Source: Alphaproteobacteria bacterium (GTDB lineage: Bacteria > Pseudomonadota > Alphaproteobacteria > UBA9655). Taken from it: 24,000 nt of DNA. Made by a program: the position numbers and the translations under genes. This document shows positions 1 to 7,766 of the stretch, in pieces. The stretch's first letter is position 1, and each line of letters opens with the position of its first letter. The notes under the pieces are model-generated. The model had not been told where the DNA came from. It ran no database searches and saw nothing but the letters and a program-made list of their open reading frames with translations. Location: positions 64,822 to 88,821 of the forward strand of contig JABDDK010000001.1 in NCBI GenBank assembly GCA_013287665.1. The letters are read 5' to 3'.

Positions 1-2
1 AT

Positions 3-497
3 ACGTTTCGTAAAACGAATAATGAACTGGTCGAAGATATTCATGGTTCAGCCACAAAAAATGGCGCGCACATTGAAGTGCACTATCAAAAACCGGAGAA
101 CAAGAAGCTGCGGCTTCCTGAAGGGACCCTTTTCCCCATTCAGCATATGACGGCCTATCTAGAGGCGGCACAGAATGGAACACAGATGTTCCCAGGGACT
201 GTCTTTGATGGAAGCTCAACGGAAGGGGCTTCTGAAATTAATACGTTTATCGGAACGAAAAAGTCTGTCGAAGATAACCCCAACAATGCAGCAACCCATC
301 AATTTGCAAACCAACCCTTTTGGCCCGTTAGGTTTGCCGTTTACGGGATTGATAAGACCGATTATGAGCCGGATTATATAACAATCCAAGAATTGTTGCC
401 GAGTGGTATCATCAAACAATATACAATTGATTACGGTGGATTGAAGATTCGCGGTGTACTGGACCGTATTGAATTATTACCGGCATGCGGGTCTTAG
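3..497 (+). CDS. DUF1849/EipB-like envelope protein, C-terminal part (5' end outside the window)
   Basis: Frame 3 is open from the window edge (no stop in codons 3-77) to TAG 495-497, so the GTG at 78 in the ORF track is probably internal. The motifs FP.QH....LEAAQNG...F.G.VFDGSS and FWPVRF.VY recall the alphaproteobacterial DUF1849/EipB family. This is from memory and was not searched. Confidence 0.45.
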   Translation, partial: TFRKTNNELVEDIHGSATKNGAHIEVHYQKPENKKLRLPEGTLFPIQHMTAYLEAAQNGTQMFPGTVFDGSSTEGASEINTFIGTKKSVEDNPNNAATHQFANQPFWPVRFAVYGIDKTDYEPDYITIQELLPSGIIKQYTIDYGGLKIRGVLDRIELLPACGS

Positions 498-499
498 CC

Positions 500-724
500 C
501 AGGGCCACCTCATGAAAATTTGTGAGGTGCCTTCACCTCTCCCCTTGTGGGAGAGGTCGCCCTTTAGGGCGGGTGAGGGGAGGCCGTATGCAGTGTTCTT
601 TGACATTTCTTTAAAGTCATATATCCCCCTCACCCGCCGCTGCGCGTCGACCTCTCCCACGCAGGGGAGAGGTGAAGGACTTCGTCCTTAAGAAAGAATA
701 TACGATTTTCATGAGGTGACCCCG
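500..724. mobile_element. Composite non-autonomous element: outer 20-bp TIRs enclosing an inverted pair of REP-like arms (531-580, 625-678) and a 44-bp remnant of the DUF559 gene 5' end (581-624)
   Basis: TIRs are CAGGGCCACCTCATGAAAAT (500-519) and ATTTTCATGAGGTGACCCCG (705-724), 18/20 complementary. They are flanked by the direct repeat GGTCTTAGCC at 490-499 and 725-734. The arms match copies at 972, 10410, 14056 and 20711. Confidence 0.7.
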
Positions 725-743
725 GGTCTTAGCCAACTAAGGC

Positions 744-771
744 TTGACATCAGCTCTGAAAACAGTATTCT
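744..771 (+). promoter_or_regulatory. Putative sigma-70-type promoter of rpmG
   Basis: TTGACA (744-749), 16-bp spacer, TATTCT (766-771), about 30 nt upstream of the rpmG ATG. Sequence pattern only. Confidence 0.35.
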
Positions 772-801
772 GCCGACAGTTTCAAAGATGGATTAGATAA
801 A

Positions 802-969
802 ATGGCTAAGCAAAACACGATTTCAATTAAGATGGAAAGCACAGCTGGAACAGGCTTTTTCTATGTAAAGAAGAAGAACCCCCGCCAGCTCACAGAAAAG
901 CTCGTCATGCGTAAGTACGATCCCAAGGTTCGTAAGCACGTTGAGTTTAAAGAAACGAAGATTAAGTAA
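802..969 (+). CDS. rpmG: 50S ribosomal protein L33
   Basis: A 55-codon ORF below the 60-aa cutoff of the ORF track: [55 protein letters not shown]. The TGFFY...RKYDP..RKHV.FKE.K pattern is the classic L33 signature. Confidence 0.9.
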   Translation: MAKQNTISIKMESTAGTGFFYVKKKNPRQLTEKLVMRKYDPKVRKHVEFKETKIK

Positions 970-971
970 GA

Positions 972-1166
972 CTTCACCTCGCCCCTTGTGGGAGAGGTCG
1001 CTCGAAGAGCGGGTGAGGGGGCCGTAATTTCAGTAAAACTCTCTGTTCATTAGTGGATATAGATAATCTTAATCAATAATGTCGGTCTGTACTTGTGTTG
1101 ACCACCCCCTCACCCGCCGCTTCGCGTCGACCTCTCCCACGAAGGGGAGAGGTGATGGTGCCTCAC
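972..1166. repeat. Inverted pair of REP-like arms (972-1020 and 1105-1166) with an 84-bp spacer
   Basis: Left arm is CTTCACCTCGCCCCTTGTGGGAGAGGTCGCTCGAAGAGCGGGTGAGGGG. Right arm is its inverted counterpart, ending GGTGATGGTGCCTCAC. The element fills the gap between the convergent stops of rpmG (967-969) and pdhC (1163-1165). Confidence 0.75.
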
Positions 1167-2386
1167 AAAATCATCATGACGGGGTTTTCGATCAGCGACT
1201 TGAATTCCTTGAGATAGACTGCACCGAGGGCTCCGTCGACGACGCGGTGATCTACGGATAATGTGCAGCTCATGATCGTTGCGGCTGTAAGAAGTCCGTT
1301 CTTCACAATAGGCCGTTCTTCTCCTGCGCCGACGGCAAGGATGCAGGCTTGAGGGGGGTTGATGATGGCTGAGAATTCCTTAACGCCGTACATTCCCATG
1401 TTGGAAAGACTAAAGGTGCCACCTTGGAATTCCTGAGGCTTTAGCTTGCCTTCACGGGCCTTTGTTGCTAAGTCCTTCATTTCATTGGATATTTCTACAA
1501 GCCCTTTGGTTTCGGCTTGACGGATAACAGGCGTGATCAGGCCGCCATCCGTAGCGACGGCGACAGAAATGTCGGCTGTTTTGTAGTGATAGACTTGGTC
1601 ATTAATCCATGAGGAATTCGCATCAGGCACGTGCTTCAACGCCAAGGCGCAGGCCTTGATCACGAAGTCATTGACCGAAAGCTTATAGGCGCCATTTGCG
1701 GCTGTATTGATTTGTTTGCGTGCTTTCAACAGCGCATCGATTTCACAATCAACAGTAAGGTAAAAATGAGGGATCGTTTGTTTGGCTTCTTGAAGGCGCC
1801 GTGCAATCACTTTCCGCATGTTGGATGGGTTTGTGACTTCATATTCAGGCTCATATCCGGTGAGGAGAGCTGGGGCAGCGGTCCTTAACCCAGGGGCAGC
1901 ACTTCCATGGGCAAGGGCTTGTTCAACATCGTCCCGAATGATACGTCCACGAGGACCTGAGCCAGAAATGGATCCTAGGTTAAGTTGAGACTCCTCAGCA
2001 ATCCGGCGGGCGAGGGGGGTTGCAAAAACCCGATCCCCGGAAGTAACGGCTTGGGGGATCACTTTAAGATCAGGCTTTTTCTCAAGCGCAGGTGCTGGCG
2101 CTGTCTCCGTTTTCTTAACGGCTTTAATATCAGAAGCCTTTTCACCTTCTTCAAGAAGAATCGCAATTGGCTCATTAACCTTAACGCCTTCCGTTCCTTC
2201 TGGGATGAGGATCTTGCCGATCGTGCCTTCGTCAACAGCTTCAACTTCCATGGTGGCTTTGTCCGTTTCAATCTCAGCCATTACGTCACCGGCTTTGACG
2301 GAGTCTCCCTCTTTTTTCAACCACTTAACGAGGTTTCCTTCCGTCATGGTGGGTGAGAGAGCTGGCATTAAGATTTCGATAGGCAT
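1163..2386 (-). CDS. pdhC: Pyruvate dehydrogenase complex E2, dihydrolipoamide acetyltransferase
   Basis: N-terminal lipoyl domain ([13 protein letters not shown]), a subunit-binding domain ([11 protein letters not shown]) and a catalytic acyltransferase domain with DHRVVDGA. It lies directly downstream of pdhA and pdhB. Confidence 0.9.
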   Translation of the reverse strand: MPIEILMPALSPTMTEGNLVKWLKKEGDSVKAGDVMAEIETDKATMEVEAVDEGTIGKILIPEGTEGVKVNEPIAILLEEGEKASDIKAVKKTETAPAPALEKKPDLKVIPQAVTSGDRVFATPLARRIAEESQLNLGSISGSGPRGRIIRDDVEQALAHGSAAPGLRTAAPALLTGYEPEYEVTNPSNMRKVIARRLQEAKQTIPHFYLTVDCEIDALLKARKQINTAANGAYKLSVNDFVIKACALALKHVPDANSSWINDQVYHYKTADISVAVATDGGLITPVIRQAETKGLVEISNEMKDLATKAREGKLKPQEFQGGTFSLSNMGMYGVKEFSAIINPPQACILAVGAGEERPIVKNGLLTAATIMSCTLSVDHRVVDGALGAVYLKEFKSLIENPVMMIL

Positions 2387-2401
2387 CCCTGAATCCTTTT
2401 C

Positions 2402-3424
2402 TTATGATTTATAACAAACAGCTTTAGCTGCTTCGATAATATCGGCAACTTGAGGAAGTGCCAAGTGCTCTAAATTCGCGGCATAAGGCATGGGAACATC
2501 AGCGCCCGTCACACGGAAGACAGGGGCGTCAAGGTAATCAAAGGCGTGTTCCATCATGAGGGCAGCGATTTCAGAGCCGATCCCCGCAAAGGGCCAGCTT
2601 TCCTCAACGGAGACGAGGCGGTTGGTTTTCATGACCGAGCGGACAATGGTCTCTGTATCAAGCGGTCTGATGGATCTCAAATCGATGACCTCTGCGTCAA
2701 TGCCAAGTTCAGCAAGGGCTTCAGCGGCTTCGAGTGCTTTTCCAACCATGATTGAGAAGGCCGTGATGGTCACATCCTTACCCGGACGGCGGATCAGGGC
2801 TTGCCCAATCGGCAGGACGTAATCTGGATCTTGCGAAACATCATCGAATGTATGTCCATAGAGAAGTTCATTTTCTAAGAAGATGACAGGATTTGGATCA
2901 CGAATAGCGGCCTTAAGAAGGGCTTTCGCATCTCCAGCACTATAAGGGCTCACAACCTTGAGGCCAGGGCAATGGGCGTACCAGCTGGCATAACAGTGGG
3001 AATGTTGAGCGCCAACGCGCGACGCTGCGCCATTCGGCCCACGGAAGACAATGGGACATCCCATTTGTCCGCCTGACATATAGAGTGTTTTAGCGGCAGA
3101 GTTGATGATCTGGTCAATAGCCTGCATGGAAAAGTTAAAGGTCATGAACTCCACGATGGGACGTAAGCCCCCAAACGCAGCTCCGACACCAAGTCCTGCA
3201 AAGCCGTGTTCTGTAATAGGGGTGTCCACAATCCGCTTTGAGCCAAACTCATCTAAAAGACCTTGGCTGACTTTGTAGGCTCCATTGTACTCAGCGACCT
3301 CTTCCCCCATTAAAAAGACGGTAGAGTCGCGCCGCATTTCTTCGGCCATACCGTCCCTCAGGGCTTCTCTTACGGTCATTGATGTGAGGCCTGGATTAGG
3401 CAGGGCTGTTTTTTCAACTGTCAT
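2402..3424 (-). CDS. pdhB: Pyruvate dehydrogenase E1 component beta subunit (short form, no N-terminal lipoyl domain)
   Basis: Transketolase-like pyrimidine-binding and C-terminal domains ([24 protein letters not shown]). The ATG overlaps the pdhA stop as ATGA at 3421-3424. Confidence 0.92.
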   Translation of the reverse strand: MTVEKTALPNPGLTSMTVREALRDGMAEEMRRDSTVFLMGEEVAEYNGAYKVSQGLLDEFGSKRIVDTPITEHGFAGLGVGAAFGGLRPIVEFMTFNFSMQAIDQIINSAAKTLYMSGGQMGCPIVFRGPNGAASRVGAQHSHCYASWYAHCPGLKVVSPYSAGDAKALLKAAIRDPNPVIFLENELLYGHTFDDVSQDPDYVLPIGQALIRRPGKDVTITAFSIMVGKALEAAEALAELGIDAEVIDLRSIRPLDTETIVRSVMKTNRLVSVEESWPFAGIGSEIAALMMEHAFDYLDAPVFRVTGADVPMPYAANLEHLALPQVADIIEAAKAVCYKS

Positions 3425-4407
3425 GTAACTGCATTCCCTTCATTCAGGATATCTGTATAAAGCTCGGAAGGATCGGGTTCAGGAGACGTCTTTGAAAACT
3501 CAACGGCTTCCAGGACGACAACTTTGATATCATCCTCGATCTTCTTGATTTTATCTTCAGAGATCTTAAGGGTTTTTGTCATATAAATTCTGAAATGATC
3601 AATAGGATCCCGGTCGACTTTGACGGTTTCAACTTCTTCCTTTGATCTGTATTTAGCAGGGTCTGACATGGAGTGACCGCGGTAACGGTAGGTGTCCATC
3701 TCGAGTATATAAGGCCCTTTGCCGGCCCGTGCATGGTCAACAGCGCGTGCTGCGGCTTCTTTGACAGCGGTGTACACCATGCCATCAACTTTCTCTCCAG
3801 GGATGTTCCAGCCCTGTCCACGACCATAATAATTTGGCCCAGCAGAGGAGCGTTCCTGAGAGGTTCCCATGCCGTAGTGATTGTTTTCAACGATAAAGAC
3901 GACAGGTAACTTCCAAAGGGAGGCCATGTTATAGGACTCATAGACCTGTCCTTGGTTGGCCGCTCCATCACCCATAGATGTGATCGATACACCTTTGTCC
4001 GCTTTGTATTTATGGGCAAAAGCAAGGCCTGTTCCAATAGGAACTTGAGCCCCCACAATACCGTGCCCGCCAAAGAAGTTCTTTTCTCGGCTGAACATAT
4101 GCATGGATCCACCCTTGCCCTTAGAGTAACCACCGCTACGTCCTGTAAGCTCTGCCATAACACCCTTCGGGTCCATACCCGCTGCGAGCATATGTCCATG
4201 GTCGCGGTACGCCGTAATGATGGTATCTTGAGGTTGAAGAATGGATTGAATGCCGACAACAACGGCTTCTTGACCAATGTAGAGATGGCAGAAACCTGCA
4301 ATGAGGCCCATACCGTACAACTGGGCGGCTCGCTCTTCAAAGCGGCGAATGAGGAGCATATCGTGATAAGCTTTTAGAGCCTCATCTTGAGAAATCAATT
4401 TTGACAA
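3421..4407 (-). CDS. pdhA: Pyruvate dehydrogenase E1 component alpha subunit
   Basis: TPP-binding region GDGAANQGQ...VENN and the conserved [11 protein letters not shown] loop. TTG start with a GAGGATGA RBS 5-6 nt upstream. Confidence 0.92.
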   Translation of the reverse strand: MSKLISQDEALKAYHDMLLIRRFEERAAQLYGMGLIAGFCHLYIGQEAVVVGIQSILQPQDTIITAYRDHGHMLAAGMDPKGVMAELTGRSGGYSKGKGGSMHMFSREKNFFGGHGIVGAQVPIGTGLAFAHKYKADKGVSITSMGDGAANQGQVYESYNMASLWKLPVVFIVENNHYGMGTSQERSSAGPNYYGRGQGWNIPGEKVDGMVYTAVKEAAARAVDHARAGKGPYILEMDTYRYRGHSMSDPAKYRSKEEVETVKVDRDPIDHFRIYMTKTLKISEDKIKKIEDDIKVVVLEAVEFSKTSPEPDPSELYTDILNEGNAVT

Positions 4408-4441
4408 GTGTCATCCTCTATGTGAACTGATTAATGAGACA

Positions 4442-4470
4442 TGAATACCCAGAAATGATAGGATTGGCAA
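4442..4470 (-). promoter_or_regulatory. Putative sigma-70-type promoter of the pdhABC operon
   Basis: On the minus strand: TTGCCA (4470-4465), 17-bp spacer, TATTCA (4447-4442), about 35 nt upstream of the pdhA start. Pattern only. Confidence 0.3.
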
Positions 4471-4482
4471 CCCAGTTTCGAC

Positions 4483-5109
4483 TTAAAGTAGGCTTAACAA
4501 TATATAAATTGAAAATCCAAATAACATTATTCCTGAAGAACGATTGATCCAAAGCAACTGAGTCTCAGAAAGTTTGTGGTGCATGAGGTGCACAGCGGTA
4601 CTGAGAGAGATCCACCATGTGGTTGCTCCAACGAAAACACCTGCGACAAGAATAGACGCTTGAGATAGAGAGTCATGAACAGGTTTTATGCCCATAGCTG
4701 CAAAGGCCGCTGCAAAAGCGAGAAGGGTGATTGGGTTCGAAAGAGTCAGAAAAAAGGCAGAGGTAAAGGCTTGAATGAGTGACCCTTCACTTGACGAGTC
4801 TTGGCTCAACTCTCGAGGATGGGATCTAAATATTGAGACACCAATCCACGCGATAAGAAATCCACCAAATAAGCGTATATAAAAGTCATAATGATGAATA
4901 AAATCAGAAATACTGGCCAGTCCAAATCCCGCAACCGCCCCATAGAACGTATCGGCAAGACCCGCTCCAAGGCCTGTAAATAGGCCTAAAGCGTACCGGC
5001 CTGAGAGAGTCCGTCGAATACAGAGTATACCAATGGGCCCAACAGGGGCTGCGATCGCAAAACCAATGAGAGTGCCTTTGATGAACAAGATGAGAAGCGT
5101 TGTGGCCAT
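4483..5109 (-). CDS. LysE/RhtB-family amino-acid exporter
   Basis: 208 aa with about six hydrophobic helices. The N-terminal motif GFAIAAPVGPIGILCI is typical of the LysE translocator family. Confidence 0.8.
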   Translation of the reverse strand: MATTLLILFIKGTLIGFAIAAPVGPIGILCIRRTLSGRYALGLFTGLGAGLADTFYGAVAGFGLASISDFIHHYDFYIRLFGGFLIAWIGVSIFRSHPRELSQDSSSEGSLIQAFTSAFFLTLSNPITLLAFAAAFAAMGIKPVHDSLSQASILVAGVFVGATTWWISLSTAVHLMHHKLSETQLLWINRSSGIMLFGFSIYILLSLL

Positions 5110-5190
5110 TCCTGAACTTCTGTCTAATTACGAATGAGTCATTTTTAACCTGGAAGAGAGGATATGTCTAGGGGAGTGGTTTTACACCAC

Positions 5191-5545
5191 GGTAAACGCA
5201 TCTAAATAGTAAAGAAACCCTATCCCCACTGGCGTCGTCCTCGCGAACGAGCCTGTAAAGAAAATAGAACGAACCCACTCACCGGTGTCCTTGGACAATA
5301 AAACCTTTGTTTTCCGAAGGAAAACTCTAGGTTTTATTGATCCGAGGATCTATTAGTGGGTAGCATGGATCCTCGGGCGAAGGAATGCTAGAGTTTTCCT
5401 TCGGAAAACAAAGCATTCCTTCCCCAAGGATGACACGTCTGGGGAGAGAATAGGTGAGTAGGTAATCATTTTCTTTACAGCCTCGTTCGCGAGGACGACG
5501 CCAGTGGGGACGTTAGGTTTTCCCTAAACTGTAGATGCGTTTACC
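5191..5545. repeat. 355-bp near-perfect palindromic (MITE-like) element
   Basis: Left arm 5191-5265 and right arm 5469-5545 are inverted copies. The termini GGTAAACGCATCTA and a 28-nt core CCCCACTGGCGTCGTCCTCGCGAACGAG are identical. Inner inverted repeats (TTTGTTTTCCGAAGGAAAACTCTA / TAGAGTTTTCCTTCGGAAAACAAA) continue to a centre near 5368. Confidence 0.7.
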
Positions 5546-5564
5546 CTGGTTTTACCCTTCGCTT

Positions 5565-6479
5565 TTATTCTTCAAGCATGCGTAGTTGAATGGCGGACGT
5601 CTTGACAGATTTCTGCAGTTTTTCAAAGGCTCGAATCTCAATTTGACGCACACGTTCGCGGGAGATTCCCATCTTTTCGGATAGGGCTTCCAACGTAATC
5701 GGTGGCTCTTTAAGGCGTCTTTCTGTAATAATAAATTGTTCCCGCTCATTTAATGTTTTTAAGGCGGTGGTTAACAGAACATTCTTATGCTTGCTTTCAT
5801 CACGTTCAATGATATGCGTTTCATGGCTGGAATCTTCATCCACAAGCCAATCCTGCCATTCATCGAGACCTTCTTCTTTCAAGGGCACATTGAGGGATTG
5901 ATCTTGCCCGCTCAGCCGTTTGCTCATTTCAATAACTTCTTGCTCAGAAACCTTAAGTTCACCAGCAATATCTTTGATGGTTTGAGCTGAGATGACGGGC
6001 TCATCCAATTCTTGCATCTGGTTTTTAAGCCGTCTTAAATTGAAGAAAAGCTTCTTTTGAGCCGCAGTTGTGCCAATTTTAACAAGGGACCAGGAATGGA
6101 GAATATATTCTTGTATATTGGCCCGAATCCACCACATGGCATATGTCGAAAAACGAAACCCTTTGTCAGGATCAAACTTGCGGAGGGCTTGCATGAGGCC
6201 CACATTTCCTTCTGCGATAAGATCCACAATAGGTAACCCGTAGCCCCTATATCCACCCGCAATTTTAGCCACAAGACGAAGGTGTGAAGCGACAAGCTTT
6301 TCTGCTGCTTTTGGATCTTGTTGTTCTTGCCATCTTTTCGCGAGAATAAATTCTTCCTCTGACTCTAACATGGGGAATCGTTTGATCTCTGCCAAATAGC
6401 GTGTGAGACCATCCCCCATAGAGGGAAGGGCTGCGACCTCGGGGAGGACAGGGAGGTTAGTGTTTTGATCGTCCGACAC
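5565..6479 (-). CDS. rpoH: RNA polymerase sigma-32 (heat-shock sigma factor)
   Basis: Sigma-70 regions 2-4 plus the RpoH box (AAQKKLFFNLRRLK). GTG start. The gene sits 18 nt downstream of rluD, a synteny common in alphaproteobacteria. Confidence 0.9.
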   Translation of the reverse strand: MSDDQNTNLPVLPEVAALPSMGDGLTRYLAEIKRFPMLESEEEFILAKRWQEQQDPKAAEKLVASHLRLVAKIAGGYRGYGLPIVDLIAEGNVGLMQALRKFDPDKGFRFSTYAMWWIRANIQEYILHSWSLVKIGTTAAQKKLFFNLRRLKNQMQELDEPVISAQTIKDIAGELKVSEQEVIEMSKRLSGQDQSLNVPLKEEGLDEWQDWLVDEDSSHETHIIERDESKHKNVLLTTALKTLNEREQFIITERRLKEPPITLEALSEKMGISRERVRQIEIRAFEKLQKSVKTSAIQLRMLEE

Positions 6480-6497
6480 GCATGCTCACTTCAGTTG

Positions 6498-7472
6498 TTA
6501 TTGAGGGGAGTTTAGCATATTTATTAGATTTCGCATATCCTCTGGTAAATCAATTTGAAAATGTAACTCTTCCTTGCTTGATGGATGGATGAACCTGAGT
6601 TCCTTAGCATGGAGGGCTTGCCTGCCGGGCGTCCAGTTTTCTTTCAAATATTCTTTTAGAGGTTCAGGTATAACTTTTGGAGTTTTGCCATAAACAGAAT
6701 CTCCCAATAAAGGATGATTCTTGGCGGTTAAGTGGACGCGAATTTGATGGGTTCTTCCTGTCTCCAAGCGGCATTCGACAAGGCTTGCTGTTTTTCCAAA
6801 GAAGGTGAGAACCTTATAATGCGTGCGAGCAAATCTGCCTCCTTCACGAATGGCCATTCTTTTACGGTTCCGAGGATCCCGCCCTATCGCTCCCTCAATA
6901 ACCCCTTCTTGGGGGAAGAGCATACCCCAAACAATGGCTTGATAGACGCGTCCCATGTCTCGGGTGCTGAGTTGATGGGAGAGGCTCTTGTGAGCTTTAT
7001 CATTCTTAGCCGCAACGAGTAGACCGCTTGTTTCTTTATCAAGCCTGTGAACGATGCCGGGACGTTTAACGCCATTGATTCCTGAAAGACTCTCACCGCA
7101 GTGGTTGAGGAGCGCATTCACAAGTGTACCCTGATAATTCCCAGGTGCCGGATGGACAACCATTCCTGCCGGTTTATTGATAACAATGATATCTTCATCT
7201 TCATAGAGGATCTCAAGGGGGATATCTTCTGGTTGAGGGATTGCTTCAACAGAAGGTGGCACGGTCATTTCAATGGATTGGCCCTCTTTGACTTTGAGAG
7301 ATGCCGTTTGTAACACCTCTCCATTAAGGCGCACATATCCTTTATCGATGAGCTCTTGGAGTCGCGTGCGAGAGATCTCAGGGACCATCAAAGCCAGGAA
7401 TTTATCCAGGCGCAATCCTTGAGTATCTGGCTCGACCATAAGGGTCAGTATTGAGGAAGAGGATGAGAGCAT
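6498..7472 (-). CDS. rluD: RluA-family 23S rRNA pseudouridine synthase (RluD-like)
   Basis: N-terminal S4 RNA-binding domain (RLDKFLA...SRTRLQELI) and the catalytic motif HRLDKETSGLLVAAK. Confidence 0.85.
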   Translation of the reverse strand: MLSSSSSILTLMVEPDTQGLRLDKFLALMVPEISRTRLQELIDKGYVRLNGEVLQTASLKVKEGQSIEMTVPPSVEAIPQPEDIPLEILYEDEDIIVINKPAGMVVHPAPGNYQGTLVNALLNHCGESLSGINGVKRPGIVHRLDKETSGLLVAAKNDKAHKSLSHQLSTRDMGRVYQAIVWGMLFPQEGVIEGAIGRDPRNRKRMAIREGGRFARTHYKVLTFFGKTASLVECRLETGRTHQIRVHLTAKNHPLLGDSVYGKTPKVIPEPLKEYLKENWTPGRQALHAKELRFIHPSSKEELHFQIDLPEDMRNLINMLNSPQ

Positions 7473-7630
7473 AGCATGTCCGTAAATAAATGTGTCTCAT
7501 TTATATTACAATTATAAAAAAATGCAATGGTTAAAATTTAGTAAATATTCAATGGTGTTATTAACTTGATGGTGTAAGTTGTTGAAATCAAACAAAAGAT
7601 CGTTATTGCAAGAATGAGTGCTTATTGTAT

Positions 7631-7663
7631 CTTTTCTTAAGGACGAAGTCCTTCACAAATTTA
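7631..7663. repeat. Solo fragment equal to the two inner flanks of the 500-724 element, joined without the REP pair
   Basis: 7634-7656 (TTCTTAAGGACGAAGTCCTTCAC) is the exact reverse complement of 672-694. The following CACAAATTT matches the reverse complement of 517-525. Confidence 0.5.
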
Positions 7664-7766
7664 GGAATCGACTCCTGAAATTGCGCAGGACCACATTTTC
7701 CCTCTAGCTTTCTGGCGGAACTTTGGCACAATAGCCACCTTAACTTAACTTAGAAAAGGCAAACCC

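Noticed and set aside
485-691. ORFs 485-691 (+), 1079-1261 (+) and 20631-20816 (-), which encode the recurring peptide PLTRRCASTSPTQGRGEG
   Set aside because: The shared peptide is simply the translation of the REP-like arm. These ORFs span non-homologous flanks, have no RBS and overlap real genes or elements. They are repeat-generated artefacts, not a gene family.
1163-1185. The C-terminal codons of pdhC (…PVMMIL-stop) as possibly captured from the repeat extension GCCTCACAAAATCATCATGA, which resembles 508-530 (reverse complement)
   Set aside because: The ...ENP..M.L ending is what I would expect for a native E2 C-terminus. The similarity more likely reflects insertion-site preference or chance than a chimeric gene end. 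This is unresolved without ortholog comparison.
3579-4340. A 253-aa ORF and several 60-140-aa ORFs overlapping pdhA, pdhB and pdhC in other frames or on the other strand
   Set aside because: They are shadow ORFs inside strongly supported conserved genes. Their composition is low-complexity or odd, and they have no independent signals.
5178-5555. GGTTTTAC on both sides of the 355-bp palindrome as a target-site duplication
   Set aside because: The two octamers sit at different distances from the palindrome termini (5 nt and 2 nt) and partly resemble the terminal GGTAAA sequence itself. A TSD is therefore not demonstrable from one copy.
7724-7738. TGGCAC upstream of trxB as a sigma-54 -24 element
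   Set aside because: The required -12 GC element (TTGCW, five nt downstream) is absent. The sequence reads TGGCAC-AATAG-CCAC.
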